Below, piece after piece: positions 47,896 through 57,983 of a stretch of DNA of 64,000 bases (positions are counted from its first letter, which is position 1; each line of letters begins with the position of its first letter). A program made the translations under genes and the position numbers. Source of the stretch: a virus (taxonomy: Duplodnaviria > Caudoviricetes); IMG/VR virus record IMGVR_UViG_3300033076_001485, positions 1 through 64,000 of that record; one strand, given 5' to 3'. The notes under the pieces were generated by a model. It searched no databases. It saw only the letters and a program-made list of their open reading frames with translations, and was not told the DNA's origin.

Positions 47896-50800
47896 TGGGT
47901 TATAATTTCAGGTCCTCTCTAAATCTGCAAGTTCAAACAAAGCCGAGCATTAGAGAAATATCAGCATCTAGGTTTGCGATTACAACAGGCTCAAATGGAG
48001 CCGTGACTGTTACTACGACACGTGCAGCCACGTTAGAAGAGCAAGCAGCAAGAAGACAGTCTGCAAGAGAATCTGGCGGTCTACCTCGTCAAATTGAGGA
48101 AGTTGGTGATTATGCAAGTTTACCTTCCTCAAAAAGAGATGTATTCCTTACAGGATCACATGGATTAACTTCTCTCTACCCAGCAATTCTTTTAACATCA
48201 CCAAGAACTTCAAAAATTGTTGACCTTAACTCAGGATTGACTGCAACACCTTTTATTATTGATCTTAATAACCAGGTTAAAAAAACAGTTGAGACAAGTG
48301 TCAAAAGTGCGATAGATGTGTACACACCTATTTTGTCTTTAACTAATAACGATTATAATCAATCTCTTAATGTTGCCAATAAATACGCAGATTTTTGCTT
48401 ACAAGCTGCTTTGCAAAAAGATCGTATTATTGAGTTGACTAATATTATTAATGCTAAAGTTACATCAAGTCCTAACCAATCACAAAACATTGTGATTGAC
48501 GGCAGAGAATATCAATTTTTGAATAATTTTCCCGATGTAATTTCTTTTATGAAGAATATCGATGATAGACTAAAATTAGAAACTTTCACCGAGGGCAATC
48601 AAGATAGTGTCAATACAAAGTCTTTTGTGCAAGTATTAAAAATTCTGTATAATCAATTTCTTATAGGAAATTTAGAGATTGGCTTGTCGTCAACAAGTAA
48701 CACGTATCTCTTGGGGAGCGTTGATTATTACATCAATAACACATTAAAAAGTGTAATTTCTGTTGGAAATGACTTTAGCATAGAAAATATCGACAGTATA
48801 TCACATGATGAGTTTAAAAATACTGACAGATTAATTGATCTAGTTAGAATTGTTCAAAGAGATCTTATCATTCAAAGTTCTCAAACGCAAATGACTACAA
48901 TTGCTGGTCAAGGTGTCACGGGTCAAGATGTTTTAAGTAATTTTATTGGAAAATACAAAGATCAATACCAGAGAAGCAACACATTTTTAAGTACAGGATC
49001 ACTGGAAATTAGTGACTTTACTCAAAATGAAACAGCGCCAATAAGATCAATTCTCGTTAAAGATGATATGAATTCATCATTTAATGTTTTAGATGTTGTT
49101 AAAGGGCACGATTATTTGCTCTACGAAGAGCTTGCTAAAGAGACAAATAGCGTTAATTTAGATAACTTAATAAGTTTCTCAAATAGCTATGCGCAATTTT
49201 CATTAAAGCTTCACCAACTTTACCAGGCAATTTTTAGAGATGACCAGACAAGACAAAAATGCTTAAGCATAATAGCATCTAACTTTTTGTCATTTTTTAC
49301 GTCAACACAGGTGACACAGACTGAATTTACATCAAAATCTAGTGCTGCAAGAACTGCAGCACTCATGGCAGCAGCCATGGATCAGTCAGTGTCAACATTT
49401 TTATTTAATCTAATATGTAAGCAAGCAAGAAATGAAGATAATGATGATCTTAGAGAAACTTTTGCGTTTAATGTTTTTTATGGATGGGGTGATGGTCTTA
49501 ATAATGACAACTTGCGCGTCAATGGATCTACAGCTGATGGCGGCGGGTATTATAGAATAAGATCAGATTATTTTAAAGGCGGCCCAGGAACGTCATTCGG
49601 CATGTTTCATGCTATTGCACAAGAAATTGAAAATGCGCTAGCAAGTGAAAATCTACAAAATAATGATGAAAGAAATACTACATTTTCTTTAAATTTAACC
49701 AGAGATGCCCGCGCATTTGTTTTCTATCAGCTATTCTTAGATATCATCAGAAATTTTTACTTTGACATTGATATAAGAGATATCACTTACAAAGAATTTA
49801 GAATTAGATACAAACCTGAGCAGTATAAATCAATAAAATTTGCATTAGAGAACTTTAGTAAAGGCACTGAAGAATTCAATAATGCAGTTAATTCTTATGT
49901 TTTTTCTGATTCAAATAATGAAAGTTATCAAGAAGATGCAAGATTATTTTATTCTAAGTACCTTGCAGCAATAACAAGAAAGATAAACGATCAAGAGCAA
50001 AATTGCCTTGATATTGTCAACTTATTTATAAATCATTCTGCGCAGTTTTCACAAGCAACAACGATATTGAAATCAAGCATCGATAGCATTAAGAGAATAC
50101 TTGCAGATAATGCAATGCTTGACAAAGAAAGCGTGCTGAATGCAATTCAAACTGAGCAGGCAAGTTTAAAAAAGAATATTGTCAATAGATACTCAAATGT
50201 GCTTCGTGGCGCAACTTATCTCCCGTCAGCAATTGATCACAATTACAATCAAGCATTAAACACGAAGACAGTTGTGTCAACATTGCCTGTCTTAAATGAT
50301 CCAATTGATGAATCTTTGACAAGAAAATTTTTGATTGCTGTAGGAATGCCATCAGGTCTACTAGAAAGTTTGAGATATCAAAATTCAATTTCAACATCTG
50401 AGCATTTGTATAGCATTGATCTTGTTTTTAAGAATCTACAGATCGATCAATCTACAGAAAGATTTTTTAGTAGATCTAATCTTGACAATTATTACGTTAC
50501 TAAATCTTATACTTTTTCATCTCGTATTTTTGTCAATGAGGGATACCAGCTTGCTGATGGTGCTGATGTAAAAGCAAATCAATTATCTAATTATGAGCAA
50601 ATTTATGCTGCAACAAAATACAAGGTTATTGACGATGATGGTCTCTATAGAGATGCAACACCTGATGATCTTGCTTTCATCTTGGGCGGTAGAACTGTTT
50701 TAGATAATCATCTTACAAGTCACTATTCAAAACTTTTATTAAAAACTACAACAGGCATAACACTTGATGAGGAGGCATTTGATTTAGTGCCTCAAACTAG

Positions 50801-51272
50801 ACAATATCCAGATACAGCTCAAGAAGCAAATTATACGACAATTGTTGATAGAATTTCTATTAATTACCCTGATACAGCAGAGGGTAATCTTAATAAAGAA
50901 CGTGCTCTGCGTGATCTATCGAGGGCAATCGTCCTCGCACCCCAGCAACATAAAACATCAATGATGATCTCTAAAACATTTGAAAGAATACACGTCATTC
51001 CAATTGATATTAGTAGCGTATTAGAAGAGTTGCAAATTTCAAATAGCGATATATGTTTTATTGATGTTGTAGCAAAAATACGCCTTGAAGATAATCAACC
51101 ACCAATTAGCTTCAACCAATCACCTACACGTCGCAGTTATTCACAAGCTTCTAATGATGTCTTTACGACAATTGGTCAAACTGACGCTAGATCACAAAGC
51201 GCAAGTAGTGTTGGTTTAAACGCATTTGTTGAAACTAGTAAAAAATTTAGCGGCATGTTAGGAGGCAGATAA
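47895..51272 (+). CDS. Large putative virion protein
   Basis: 1125 aa ORF, TAATG-coupled within the structural operon. Confidence 0.5.
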   Translation: MGYNFRSSLNLQVQTKPSIREISASRFAITTGSNGAVTVTTTRAATLEEQAARRQSARESGGLPRQIEEVGDYASLPSSKRDVFLTGSHGLTSLYPAILLTSPRTSKIVDLNSGLTATPFIIDLNNQVKKTVETSVKSAIDVYTPILSLTNNDYNQSLNVANKYADFCLQAALQKDRIIELTNIINAKVTSSPNQSQNIVIDGREYQFLNNFPDVISFMKNIDDRLKLETFTEGNQDSVNTKSFVQVLKILYNQFLIGNLEIGLSSTSNTYLLGSVDYYINNTLKSVISVGNDFSIENIDSISHDEFKNTDRLIDLVRIVQRDLIIQSSQTQMTTIAGQGVTGQDVLSNFIGKYKDQYQRSNTFLSTGSLEISDFTQNETAPIRSILVKDDMNSSFNVLDVVKGHDYLLYEELAKETNSVNLDNLISFSNSYAQFSLKLHQLYQAIFRDDQTRQKCLSIIASNFLSFFTSTQVTQTEFTSKSSAARTAALMAAAMDQSVSTFLFNLICKQARNEDNDDLRETFAFNVFYGWGDGLNNDNLRVNGSTADGGGYYRIRSDYFKGGPGTSFGMFHAIAQEIENALASENLQNNDERNTTFSLNLTRDARAFVFYQLFLDIIRNFYFDIDIRDITYKEFRIRYKPEQYKSIKFALENFSKGTEEFNNAVNSYVFSDSNNESYQEDARLFYSKYLAAITRKINDQEQNCLDIVNLFINHSAQFSQATTILKSSIDSIKRILADNAMLDKESVLNAIQTEQASLKKNIVNRYSNVLRGATYLPSAIDHNYNQALNTKTVVSTLPVLNDPIDESLTRKFLIAVGMPSGLLESLRYQNSISTSEHLYSIDLVFKNLQIDQSTERFFSRSNLDNYYVTKSYTFSSRIFVNEGYQLADGADVKANQLSNYEQIYAATKYKVIDDDGLYRDATPDDLAFILGGRTVLDNHLTSHYSKLLLKTTTGITLDEEAFDLVPQTRQYPDTAQEANYTTIVDRISINYPDTAEGNLNKERALRDLSRAIVLAPQQHKTSMMISKTFERIHVIPIDISSVLEELQISNSDICFIDVVAKIRLEDNQPPISFNQSPTRRSYSQASNDVFTTIGQTDARSQSASSVGLNAFVETSKKFSGMLGGR

Positions 51273-51273
51273 A

Positions 51274-53124
51274 ATGACAGAAACTTACTTTTCAAAGCCA
51301 AGTCTCCTCGTTGACTTGCCAGAAGTTAGAGAATTAAAATCTGAATTTGTGTATAATTTTTTCTCTGCTGATGAGAGAGTAAATGAATCATCAAATTCTT
51401 ATGATTCTAATAGTGTTTACGGGAGAGTTGGATTTACATCAACGAACATAGATTTAACAACAGCGACATACACAGAAAATGTTGCTACGTCAAATATTAC
51501 TGATCAAGATCTTAGAGCCTTCTACGGAAGGAAGGCCATCTATCCAAGATTTGTTAAAATAACATTTAAGAACCCTGAAGCAAATATTGACAATAGCTTA
51601 AGAGTTAAAACAACAGACATAAAAAATATTGCTAGAGAGGCAGCACTAAATGTCTTTGGTAGAACAGGCGTCAGCGTTATAGACACTTCACTTGACCAGA
51701 CTGTCTACAATATTTTATCAGGTTCGGTGTTAGATTCAACAAATGAAGAAAATACCAGCGTATCAATAAGAATTCTCAATGCAATACAGAACGGTCTGCA
51801 GCCTGATGGATATCGATATGCCACAACAGACACACGTCAGAGTCAGATAAATCATATTGAAGAAGCACTACAGGGTCTTGATTATGGTTTTTCATATTAT
51901 TCTAGCATTGCAGGCACAATAACCGCAGCAAGTCTAAATTCATCAAAAAATATCTACACTGATGAAATTTCAAGTACTCAAGATTCATTAAAAAGAATTG
52001 AAGAGCAAGCAATTGCTGCAAGTAATCCATATATTTTAAGAACATCTGATTATGAGGCAGAATTTAATTTTGCCAACATCGATGTCAATATACCTTCTTC
52101 TTCTAGATTGCCTGTAATAAAGAATTATTTAATAGGTTATATTCTTCAAAAATTTTCTACTAATGCTGATGGAACAACAAAAATCTTCAGTGAAAAGGTT
52201 GTCTTAAATCCCAAGATCACATCATTACTTGATCCAGATATAGCTTATGGAAGAAAATACAAGTATAGAGTAATTGCTCTTTACGCATGCTTATTTCAAA
52301 TGAGTCAGCGTGTAGTTAACGGTCGAGGTCTAGAAGAAGATAGAACTGTAACAAAATATGTCCTTTTCTCGTCAAGAGGAATGGAAACATCTACTATCTG
52401 TGAAGAATACATCGCGCCGCCGCCACCTGTTGATCTAAGATTTAGATATCGTGCTGATAATACCGGTTTAAACATAACATGGAATTTTCCAGTGAACCCA
52501 CAGCGTGATATCAAAAAATTTCAAGTTTTTAGAAGAAAAACAATATCTGAGCCATTCCAGCTCATTCGTGTATACGACTTTGATGACTCAGCATCTAAGT
52601 CGCTAGATCCAGAAAATGTTCCCGAGAGCCTTATTAGCCGAAATCTTTTACCAGTAACAATTCATCATGATCTAGCATTTACAAAAAATAGTAAGTTTAT
52701 CTATGCCGTGTGCGCAATAGATGCACACGGGTATACGTCAAACTATTCTGTTCAACTTGAAGCAAGCTATGACAGATATAGAAATAGAATAAATACACGT
52801 GTGATATCAAGATCAGATGCACCTAAACCGTATCCTAATATCTTTCTTAATCAAGATACCTTTGTTGACACAATGAAAATGTCTGGATACACAAGAGTCA
52901 ATATTTATTTCGATCCCGAATATGTCAAGATAGCAGATCAAAGCGGTGTTGACCAAAATCATATTGTTTTTAATAACAATAGAGGAGATGACAATTCATA
53001 TAAGCTTATGATAGTCAATACTGATTTTCAACAGAGTCAAACTCTTGATATTAAAATCAATGATAGTTATGTTCAACCACCGGTTATTACGCCATCCACG
53101 GCTCGTGTTTTTAGTCCCACATAA
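51274..53124 (+). CDS. Putative structural protein with FN3-like domains
   Basis: DPDIAYGRKYKYRV, PPPPVDL...LNITWNFP and FIYAVCAIDAHGYTSNYS. Confidence 0.6.
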   Translation: MTETYFSKPSLLVDLPEVRELKSEFVYNFFSADERVNESSNSYDSNSVYGRVGFTSTNIDLTTATYTENVATSNITDQDLRAFYGRKAIYPRFVKITFKNPEANIDNSLRVKTTDIKNIAREAALNVFGRTGVSVIDTSLDQTVYNILSGSVLDSTNEENTSVSIRILNAIQNGLQPDGYRYATTDTRQSQINHIEEALQGLDYGFSYYSSIAGTITAASLNSSKNIYTDEISSTQDSLKRIEEQAIAASNPYILRTSDYEAEFNFANIDVNIPSSSRLPVIKNYLIGYILQKFSTNADGTTKIFSEKVVLNPKITSLLDPDIAYGRKYKYRVIALYACLFQMSQRVVNGRGLEEDRTVTKYVLFSSRGMETSTICEEYIAPPPPVDLRFRYRADNTGLNITWNFPVNPQRDIKKFQVFRRKTISEPFQLIRVYDFDDSASKSLDPENVPESLISRNLLPVTIHHDLAFTKNSKFIYAVCAIDAHGYTSNYSVQLEASYDRYRNRINTRVISRSDAPKPYPNIFLNQDTFVDTMKMSGYTRVNIYFDPEYVKIADQSGVDQNHIVFNNNRGDDNSYKLMIVNTDFQQSQTLDIKINDSYVQPPVITPSTARVFSPT

Positions 53125-53151
53125 GATTTAACTTGTAACTTCACGCAAAGA

Positions 53152-53158
53152 ATATTTA
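53152..53158 (+). promoter_or_regulatory. Candidate late promoter ATATTTA
   Basis: Intergenic, 15 nt before ATG 53174. Confidence 0.55.
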
Positions 53159-53173
53159 GAAACAGGTGTACAA

Positions 53174-53878
53174 ATGGGTTTTCTTAATCAAACAACAAAT
53201 AACATAATTGTCGATGCAGTCTTGACAGACTTGGGTCGTCAATTTCTTGCAAGAAACGATGGCAGCTTTAATATTGTCAAATTTGCGCTAGCAGATAATG
53301 AAGTAGATTACACAATCATTCAACAATACGGGCGTCTTGTTGGTAAAGATAAGATTGAGAAAAATACTCCCGTATTTGAGGCATCGACAAATGCTAATAT
53401 TGCTCTCAAATATAAGCTTGTAAGCATCTCAAATCCTGCACTGACTATTTTACCATCACTTACACTTGATTATGGTTCAGCAGTGGTAAGTTCGAATGTT
53501 ATGTCTATATCAAGATTGACACAAAACCCAAGCGCAACTATCACAGTTAAGCAAGCAATTACACAAGGTAATTTTGTTTCACCTGAGCTGATTGATAATG
53601 CATTCGAAGTGCGTGTTAATGATCTATTTTTGGGTCTACAAAACCTAGTCCCAGATTCAGTTGATGCAAGTAATAACGCAACATACCTTATCGATCGATC
53701 ATCTGCGCTCTCAAGTGCAAGTGAATCATCTGGACAGTTCACATTGCGCCTTAAGACATTTTCACAAACACTCTTTGATGCATACAAGTCAAGCGGCCTA
53801 AACGTCATAAGAACCTATGTTAGGATCACAGGCATTAATTCGGGCGCTGTCAAAGAATTTGAAATAAGGATTAGCTAG
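53174..53878 (+). CDS. Putative baseplate/structural protein
   Basis: MGFL...IVDAVLTDLGRQFLA...KFALADNEVDY; paralog of 44470. Confidence 0.65.
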   Translation: MGFLNQTTNNIIVDAVLTDLGRQFLARNDGSFNIVKFALADNEVDYTIIQQYGRLVGKDKIEKNTPVFEASTNANIALKYKLVSISNPALTILPSLTLDYGSAVVSSNVMSISRLTQNPSATITVKQAITQGNFVSPELIDNAFEVRVNDLFLGLQNLVPDSVDASNNATYLIDRSSALSSASESSGQFTLRLKTFSQTLFDAYKSSGLNVIRTYVRITGINSGAVKEFEIRIS

Positions 53879-53886
53879 GATAAAAA

Positions 53887-55074
53887 ATGCCCACATTTAA
53901 AGAAATAACAGCTGCTGATATTAAAACTAGCAGGTCAGCACTCAATCAGTTGGTCGATGTCATTCAAAATGACATCTCTGGTTCTAGCACAAGAAAGACT
54001 TATCAAGTCTTCGTTACGGGCGGGATCGGTCCAGGCGTCACATCATCACTTTTCCAGACAGTATTTGATCAAGATTACACACTCCAGACATCAAATGAAG
54101 TTCTAGACCTGACAGTGGGACTTTTCTCTGGAAGCGCCACAGTCGCCGCAGCAGTCACTGACATAGATTCAGCTGGAAAATTACTATTCCCATCACAGTC
54201 TCTTATGATGAGAGAGAAGATTAACATATATCGCCAATATGCACAAACACTTTTAGGTGATGCTGATTCTCAATTTTCTGCACCTTTTAGTGATCCAGGA
54301 ACATCAGACTATATTGATGAGGCAATTTTTATTAACTTTAAACGTTTGTTTGCTCGTGACAAGATTAAGCCACAAACATTTGCAATGAATTTTTACACAG
54401 CAAGCCTTGAATCAAACACGGCAGGCCCTAACTATACAAATGTTGATAAAACGTCAACACTTGCATCAGCAATTTTCACTGATGCAGGCAAGGGAACACA
54501 GTTTGGATTCGGTGGTCAAGTTGGTGATTTAGCTTTATCAACAGACTCAAATACAATTGTTGGCAATATCTTTTATGATCAAGGAATTCTTGTTCTTGAT
54601 GCGAAGAAAGCTATGTCAGGATCACAGCACGTTTCTGGCACTATAGACGCAATATCATCTACAGGCACAGCAGTTATTGGTAGCGCAGCTGGAAATCCAA
54701 ATGCTAAATTTATTCCCGATTTCTTCGTTTCCAGTTCAATCGATGACATTGTTGATCACTTGGCATCTTGTAGATTCCAGAGTGGTTCTCTTACAGCAAT
54801 GACTTTCCAGAATGTCACAAATATCAATTCAACACTTGTTTTCTGTCGTGCGACAGCAGACGAATTCAACTACTCAGCAAATCCAACATTCACTGATGCT
54901 GATGGGAACATTATTGTGATTGATGATCCAACAACAGATCGAACATTTAGTTACATCACAACAGTTGGTCTTTATGATGCAAATGATAATTTGCTTGCAG
55001 TCGCAAAGATGAGCAGGCCAATTGAGAAAAATGATGAAAAGGATTTGACATTTAGAGTTCGACTCGATTTCTAA
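53887..55074 (+). CDS. Putative baseplate/fibre-attachment structural protein
   Basis: C-terminal YITTVGLYDANDNLLAVAKMSRPIEK...FRVRLDF resembles tail-collar/fibre-attachment domains. Confidence 0.65.
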   Translation: MPTFKEITAADIKTSRSALNQLVDVIQNDISGSSTRKTYQVFVTGGIGPGVTSSLFQTVFDQDYTLQTSNEVLDLTVGLFSGSATVAAAVTDIDSAGKLLFPSQSLMMREKINIYRQYAQTLLGDADSQFSAPFSDPGTSDYIDEAIFINFKRLFARDKIKPQTFAMNFYTASLESNTAGPNYTNVDKTSTLASAIFTDAGKGTQFGFGGQVGDLALSTDSNTIVGNIFYDQGILVLDAKKAMSGSQHVSGTIDAISSTGTAVIGSAAGNPNAKFIPDFFVSSSIDDIVDHLASCRFQSGSLTAMTFQNVTNINSTLVFCRATADEFNYSANPTFTDADGNIIVIDDPTTDRTFSYITTVGLYDANDNLLAVAKMSRPIEKNDEKDLTFRVRLDF

Positions 55075-55088
55075 TATGTGGGAGAACG

Positions 55089-57440
55089 ATGTCATTCATC
55101 AAGCTACAGCCTGAGAACTTTGACACGTTCTCTCTTACTTTGCGCCCGAGAGCTGAATTTGTATCTTCATCATCTGGAGTAACAGGTTCAGTCCGTCTAA
55201 TCGAGCGTCCAAGCACTTATCTTAAAGAAGAAATTGCGATAGGTGAAAGAGGGACGTCAACATTTTATGAGACACCCGGTGTGCCAGGTTTTATTGAATT
55301 CATTCGTTCAAAAATGAATACAGACAGCGTTAAGCGTGATGATTACACGCGTTTTTATCTTAACGCTGTTAATTCGCTGGCAGAAAACCAGAAAAATAAT
55401 TTAGTAATACCAGCACAGCGCATCACACAATCAATTGATTTCGACACAAACTCATTCATAAAATCAACTGTTAAAAACATTTTAATACCACAGTATCGAT
55501 CTTCATATACTGACAGTGACTTTTCTTACAAGAATTATCATACAATTAATTTTTTTACATCATCAATGGTGTCTAACGATGCCGCAATCATGTATCCAAA
55601 TATTGATGATGTTTACACATTAACTGATAAATTTTCTATTGATTTGTACTTAAATCCAAGATATTTGGCAGATGCAAATGCGCATTTTAACGCGGGCGCA
55701 ATTTTGCATATGTCATCATCAATATGCTTGTCTTTGTTGACAGGATCACATAAAAATGAAAATGATCAAGTAGATAGATTTCGTCTTGCTGTCGCGTTTG
55801 GCCATAGCGCAAATGTGCCACCGTCAAGCATAGACGTAAATGCTGTTAATGGCACACGCTCATTTCCGCAAGATCTAATCTATGTTAGTGACGACAACAT
55901 GTTGAAACACAACCACTGGCACCATGTCACTGTAAGATGGGGGTCAACGGTCAACAATCGCACAGGAAGCATTCAAGTTGACAACATAACGTCATCTTTT
56001 TATTACCCGAGCTCATCAATAATTGACTTGTCTTATCCTAAAGTCTTATTTTTAGGAAATCAATACGTGGGTGCAGATGACACACAAAAGTTCTTTAATG
56101 CATCGGCGGCTTCAGATTTCGGTTTAGAGCAGATGAATCCGGGTGCTGTTGATCCTACAGGATTTACTTTTAGTAGCCCGCTTAATGCAGAAATACATGA
56201 TGTTAAGTTGTATAAACGATACATCACTACACAAGAAGCATTTCAAAATGCAATTCAAGCACCTAAAAAAGATGTTATTGGGCTTGCATTTTATGTTCCA
56301 CCATTTTTTACTAATAGCACAATTGATAACCAGTTCACTTTTCAGACACCTACAAGTTTACATAAAGTTATTCCAAGAGTTCCATTTAATACTAACCTTG
56401 CAACGCAAGCACAAGTTTTTTATCCACACCTACAAAACTTTTTAGTTGACTTAAAAAATCCTGATATAGGACGCCCACGCCTATACGGCTTTGAACCTAC
56501 AGTTGATACAGCAAAAGTTGACACATATGCATCAGAGCACATGTTTAGAAGCAGCTCGTATGCAAAGCGTGTCTACACAATTTTGCCCAACGATAATGGT
56601 CTTTTTTCTCCTAACTTTGAGTTCATATTGACTGCATCATCAGGTCTCGGTGTGATGTACCAACCCTATAAGACGCGGTTGGGTGAGGATATAACTTCAA
56701 TTAGCTTAGAAGAAATGGATCACACAACAGCACCAGGCTCATTAGGTGAAGCGACAGTCAATAGCATAGGTAGATCATATTTTATGTCACCAACGAACTA
56801 TCTCTTTGGTGGCACACCTGAAGAATATTTGGCATTAACGCAGGGAAATCTAACTACACTTCTATCATTTTCAGGTTCATCAGGATCTTTTGCAGATAGA
56901 ACAAGTAATTTATCTACAATCTATCAGATTAGTAATCTTTATTATGGTAATCAGATATTTCCAGAATCTTTTACAATTTCATCAACAGAATTGACAGGAT
57001 CTGGTGGAAAGATAAACATTACCTTGAAGGACAACGGACAAGGTGGACTTTACCGAGCCGACGCTGTTACACCAGCGCCTCGATGGGCAACCGTAGGCAA
57101 TCTCTTTTACGATGAGGGTCTTGCAATCATCAAGTCACCGCATCTCTATTACTTTGGTAAGGATAATTTTTCTGTCTCGTTTAATGGACACCAAAACATC
57201 CACACATATACCATAGATGCTATCTGTCCAGCTGGAGAGATCAATTCGTCATCTAATCCGAGTTACCTATCATTCCCACCAACAAATGAACAGAATGAAA
57301 CGGCAGATAACTTCGTGTACATCACGGGAATTAATATTCACGATGACAATTTCAATGTTATTATGAGAGCAAACCTGGCACAACCTGTGCTCAAGAGGCC
57401 CGATGAAGAATTTCTCTTTCGTCTCCGCTACGATATGTGA
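55089..57440 (+). CDS. Structural protein with LamG-like domain; C-terminus paralogous to 53887-55074
   Basis: WHHVTVRW and AEIHDVKLY; VGNLFYDEG and YITGINIHDDNFNVIMRANLAQPVLK. Confidence 0.62.
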   Translation: MSFIKLQPENFDTFSLTLRPRAEFVSSSSGVTGSVRLIERPSTYLKEEIAIGERGTSTFYETPGVPGFIEFIRSKMNTDSVKRDDYTRFYLNAVNSLAENQKNNLVIPAQRITQSIDFDTNSFIKSTVKNILIPQYRSSYTDSDFSYKNYHTINFFTSSMVSNDAAIMYPNIDDVYTLTDKFSIDLYLNPRYLADANAHFNAGAILHMSSSICLSLLTGSHKNENDQVDRFRLAVAFGHSANVPPSSIDVNAVNGTRSFPQDLIYVSDDNMLKHNHWHHVTVRWGSTVNNRTGSIQVDNITSSFYYPSSSIIDLSYPKVLFLGNQYVGADDTQKFFNASAASDFGLEQMNPGAVDPTGFTFSSPLNAEIHDVKLYKRYITTQEAFQNAIQAPKKDVIGLAFYVPPFFTNSTIDNQFTFQTPTSLHKVIPRVPFNTNLATQAQVFYPHLQNFLVDLKNPDIGRPRLYGFEPTVDTAKVDTYASEHMFRSSSYAKRVYTILPNDNGLFSPNFEFILTASSGLGVMYQPYKTRLGEDITSISLEEMDHTTAPGSLGEATVNSIGRSYFMSPTNYLFGGTPEEYLALTQGNLTTLLSFSGSSGSFADRTSNLSTIYQISNLYYGNQIFPESFTISSTELTGSGGKINITLKDNGQGGLYRADAVTPAPRWATVGNLFYDEGLAIIKSPHLYYFGKDNFSVSFNGHQNIHTYTIDAICPAGEINSSSNPSYLSFPPTNEQNETADNFVYITGINIHDDNFNVIMRANLAQPVLKRPDEEFLFRLRYDM

Positions 57441-57960
57441 CACTATACTTGGGCTTGATATCTCAACATCTTGCACGGGATACGCATTAGTGACAGCAGA
57501 TCAAGGCACATTTATTGAGATTGGATATTTTAAGCTCGATAAGTTTGATGATTTTTTCGACAAATGCGACGTATTTAGAAGCGCGCTGGCTGATGTCCAA
57601 AAGCGCCATCCTGGTATCAAGAAGATTTGCATTGAAGAAAACTTGCAAGCATTCCGACCAGGATTGTCGTCTGCAAAAACAATCAACACACTTGCAAGAT
57701 TTAATGGTGCTGCGTCTTTGATCTCTTACGAAGTCTGCAAGACAAAACCCACATTTCTGAATGCAACATCAGCACGCTCGAAGTTAGGCATCAAGCTTGA
57801 TCGAAAATCAGATGTGACGACAAAGCAGCAAATTTTCGAATTTGTCAGACCTCAAGTTGATATTGAGTGGCCATCAACAAAGACAGGTAAACTCAACACG
57901 GCATGCTATGACATGGCAGATGCTTATGTTCTTGCTAGGGCAGGTTGGTTGAACAAGTAG
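57403..57960 (+). CDS. ruvC: RuvC-like Holliday junction resolvase
   Basis: ILGLDISTSCTG, IEE, LARFNG and DMADA catalytic acidic residues. Confidence 0.85.
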   Translation: MKNFSFVSATICDTILGLDISTSCTGYALVTADQGTFIEIGYFKLDKFDDFFDKCDVFRSALADVQKRHPGIKKICIEENLQAFRPGLSSAKTINTLARFNGAASLISYEVCKTKPTFLNATSARSKLGIKLDRKSDVTTKQQIFEFVRPQVDIEWPSTKTGKLNTACYDMADAYVLARAGWLNK

Positions 57961-57983
57961 AAGACGCATCTTACTATTAAGAT

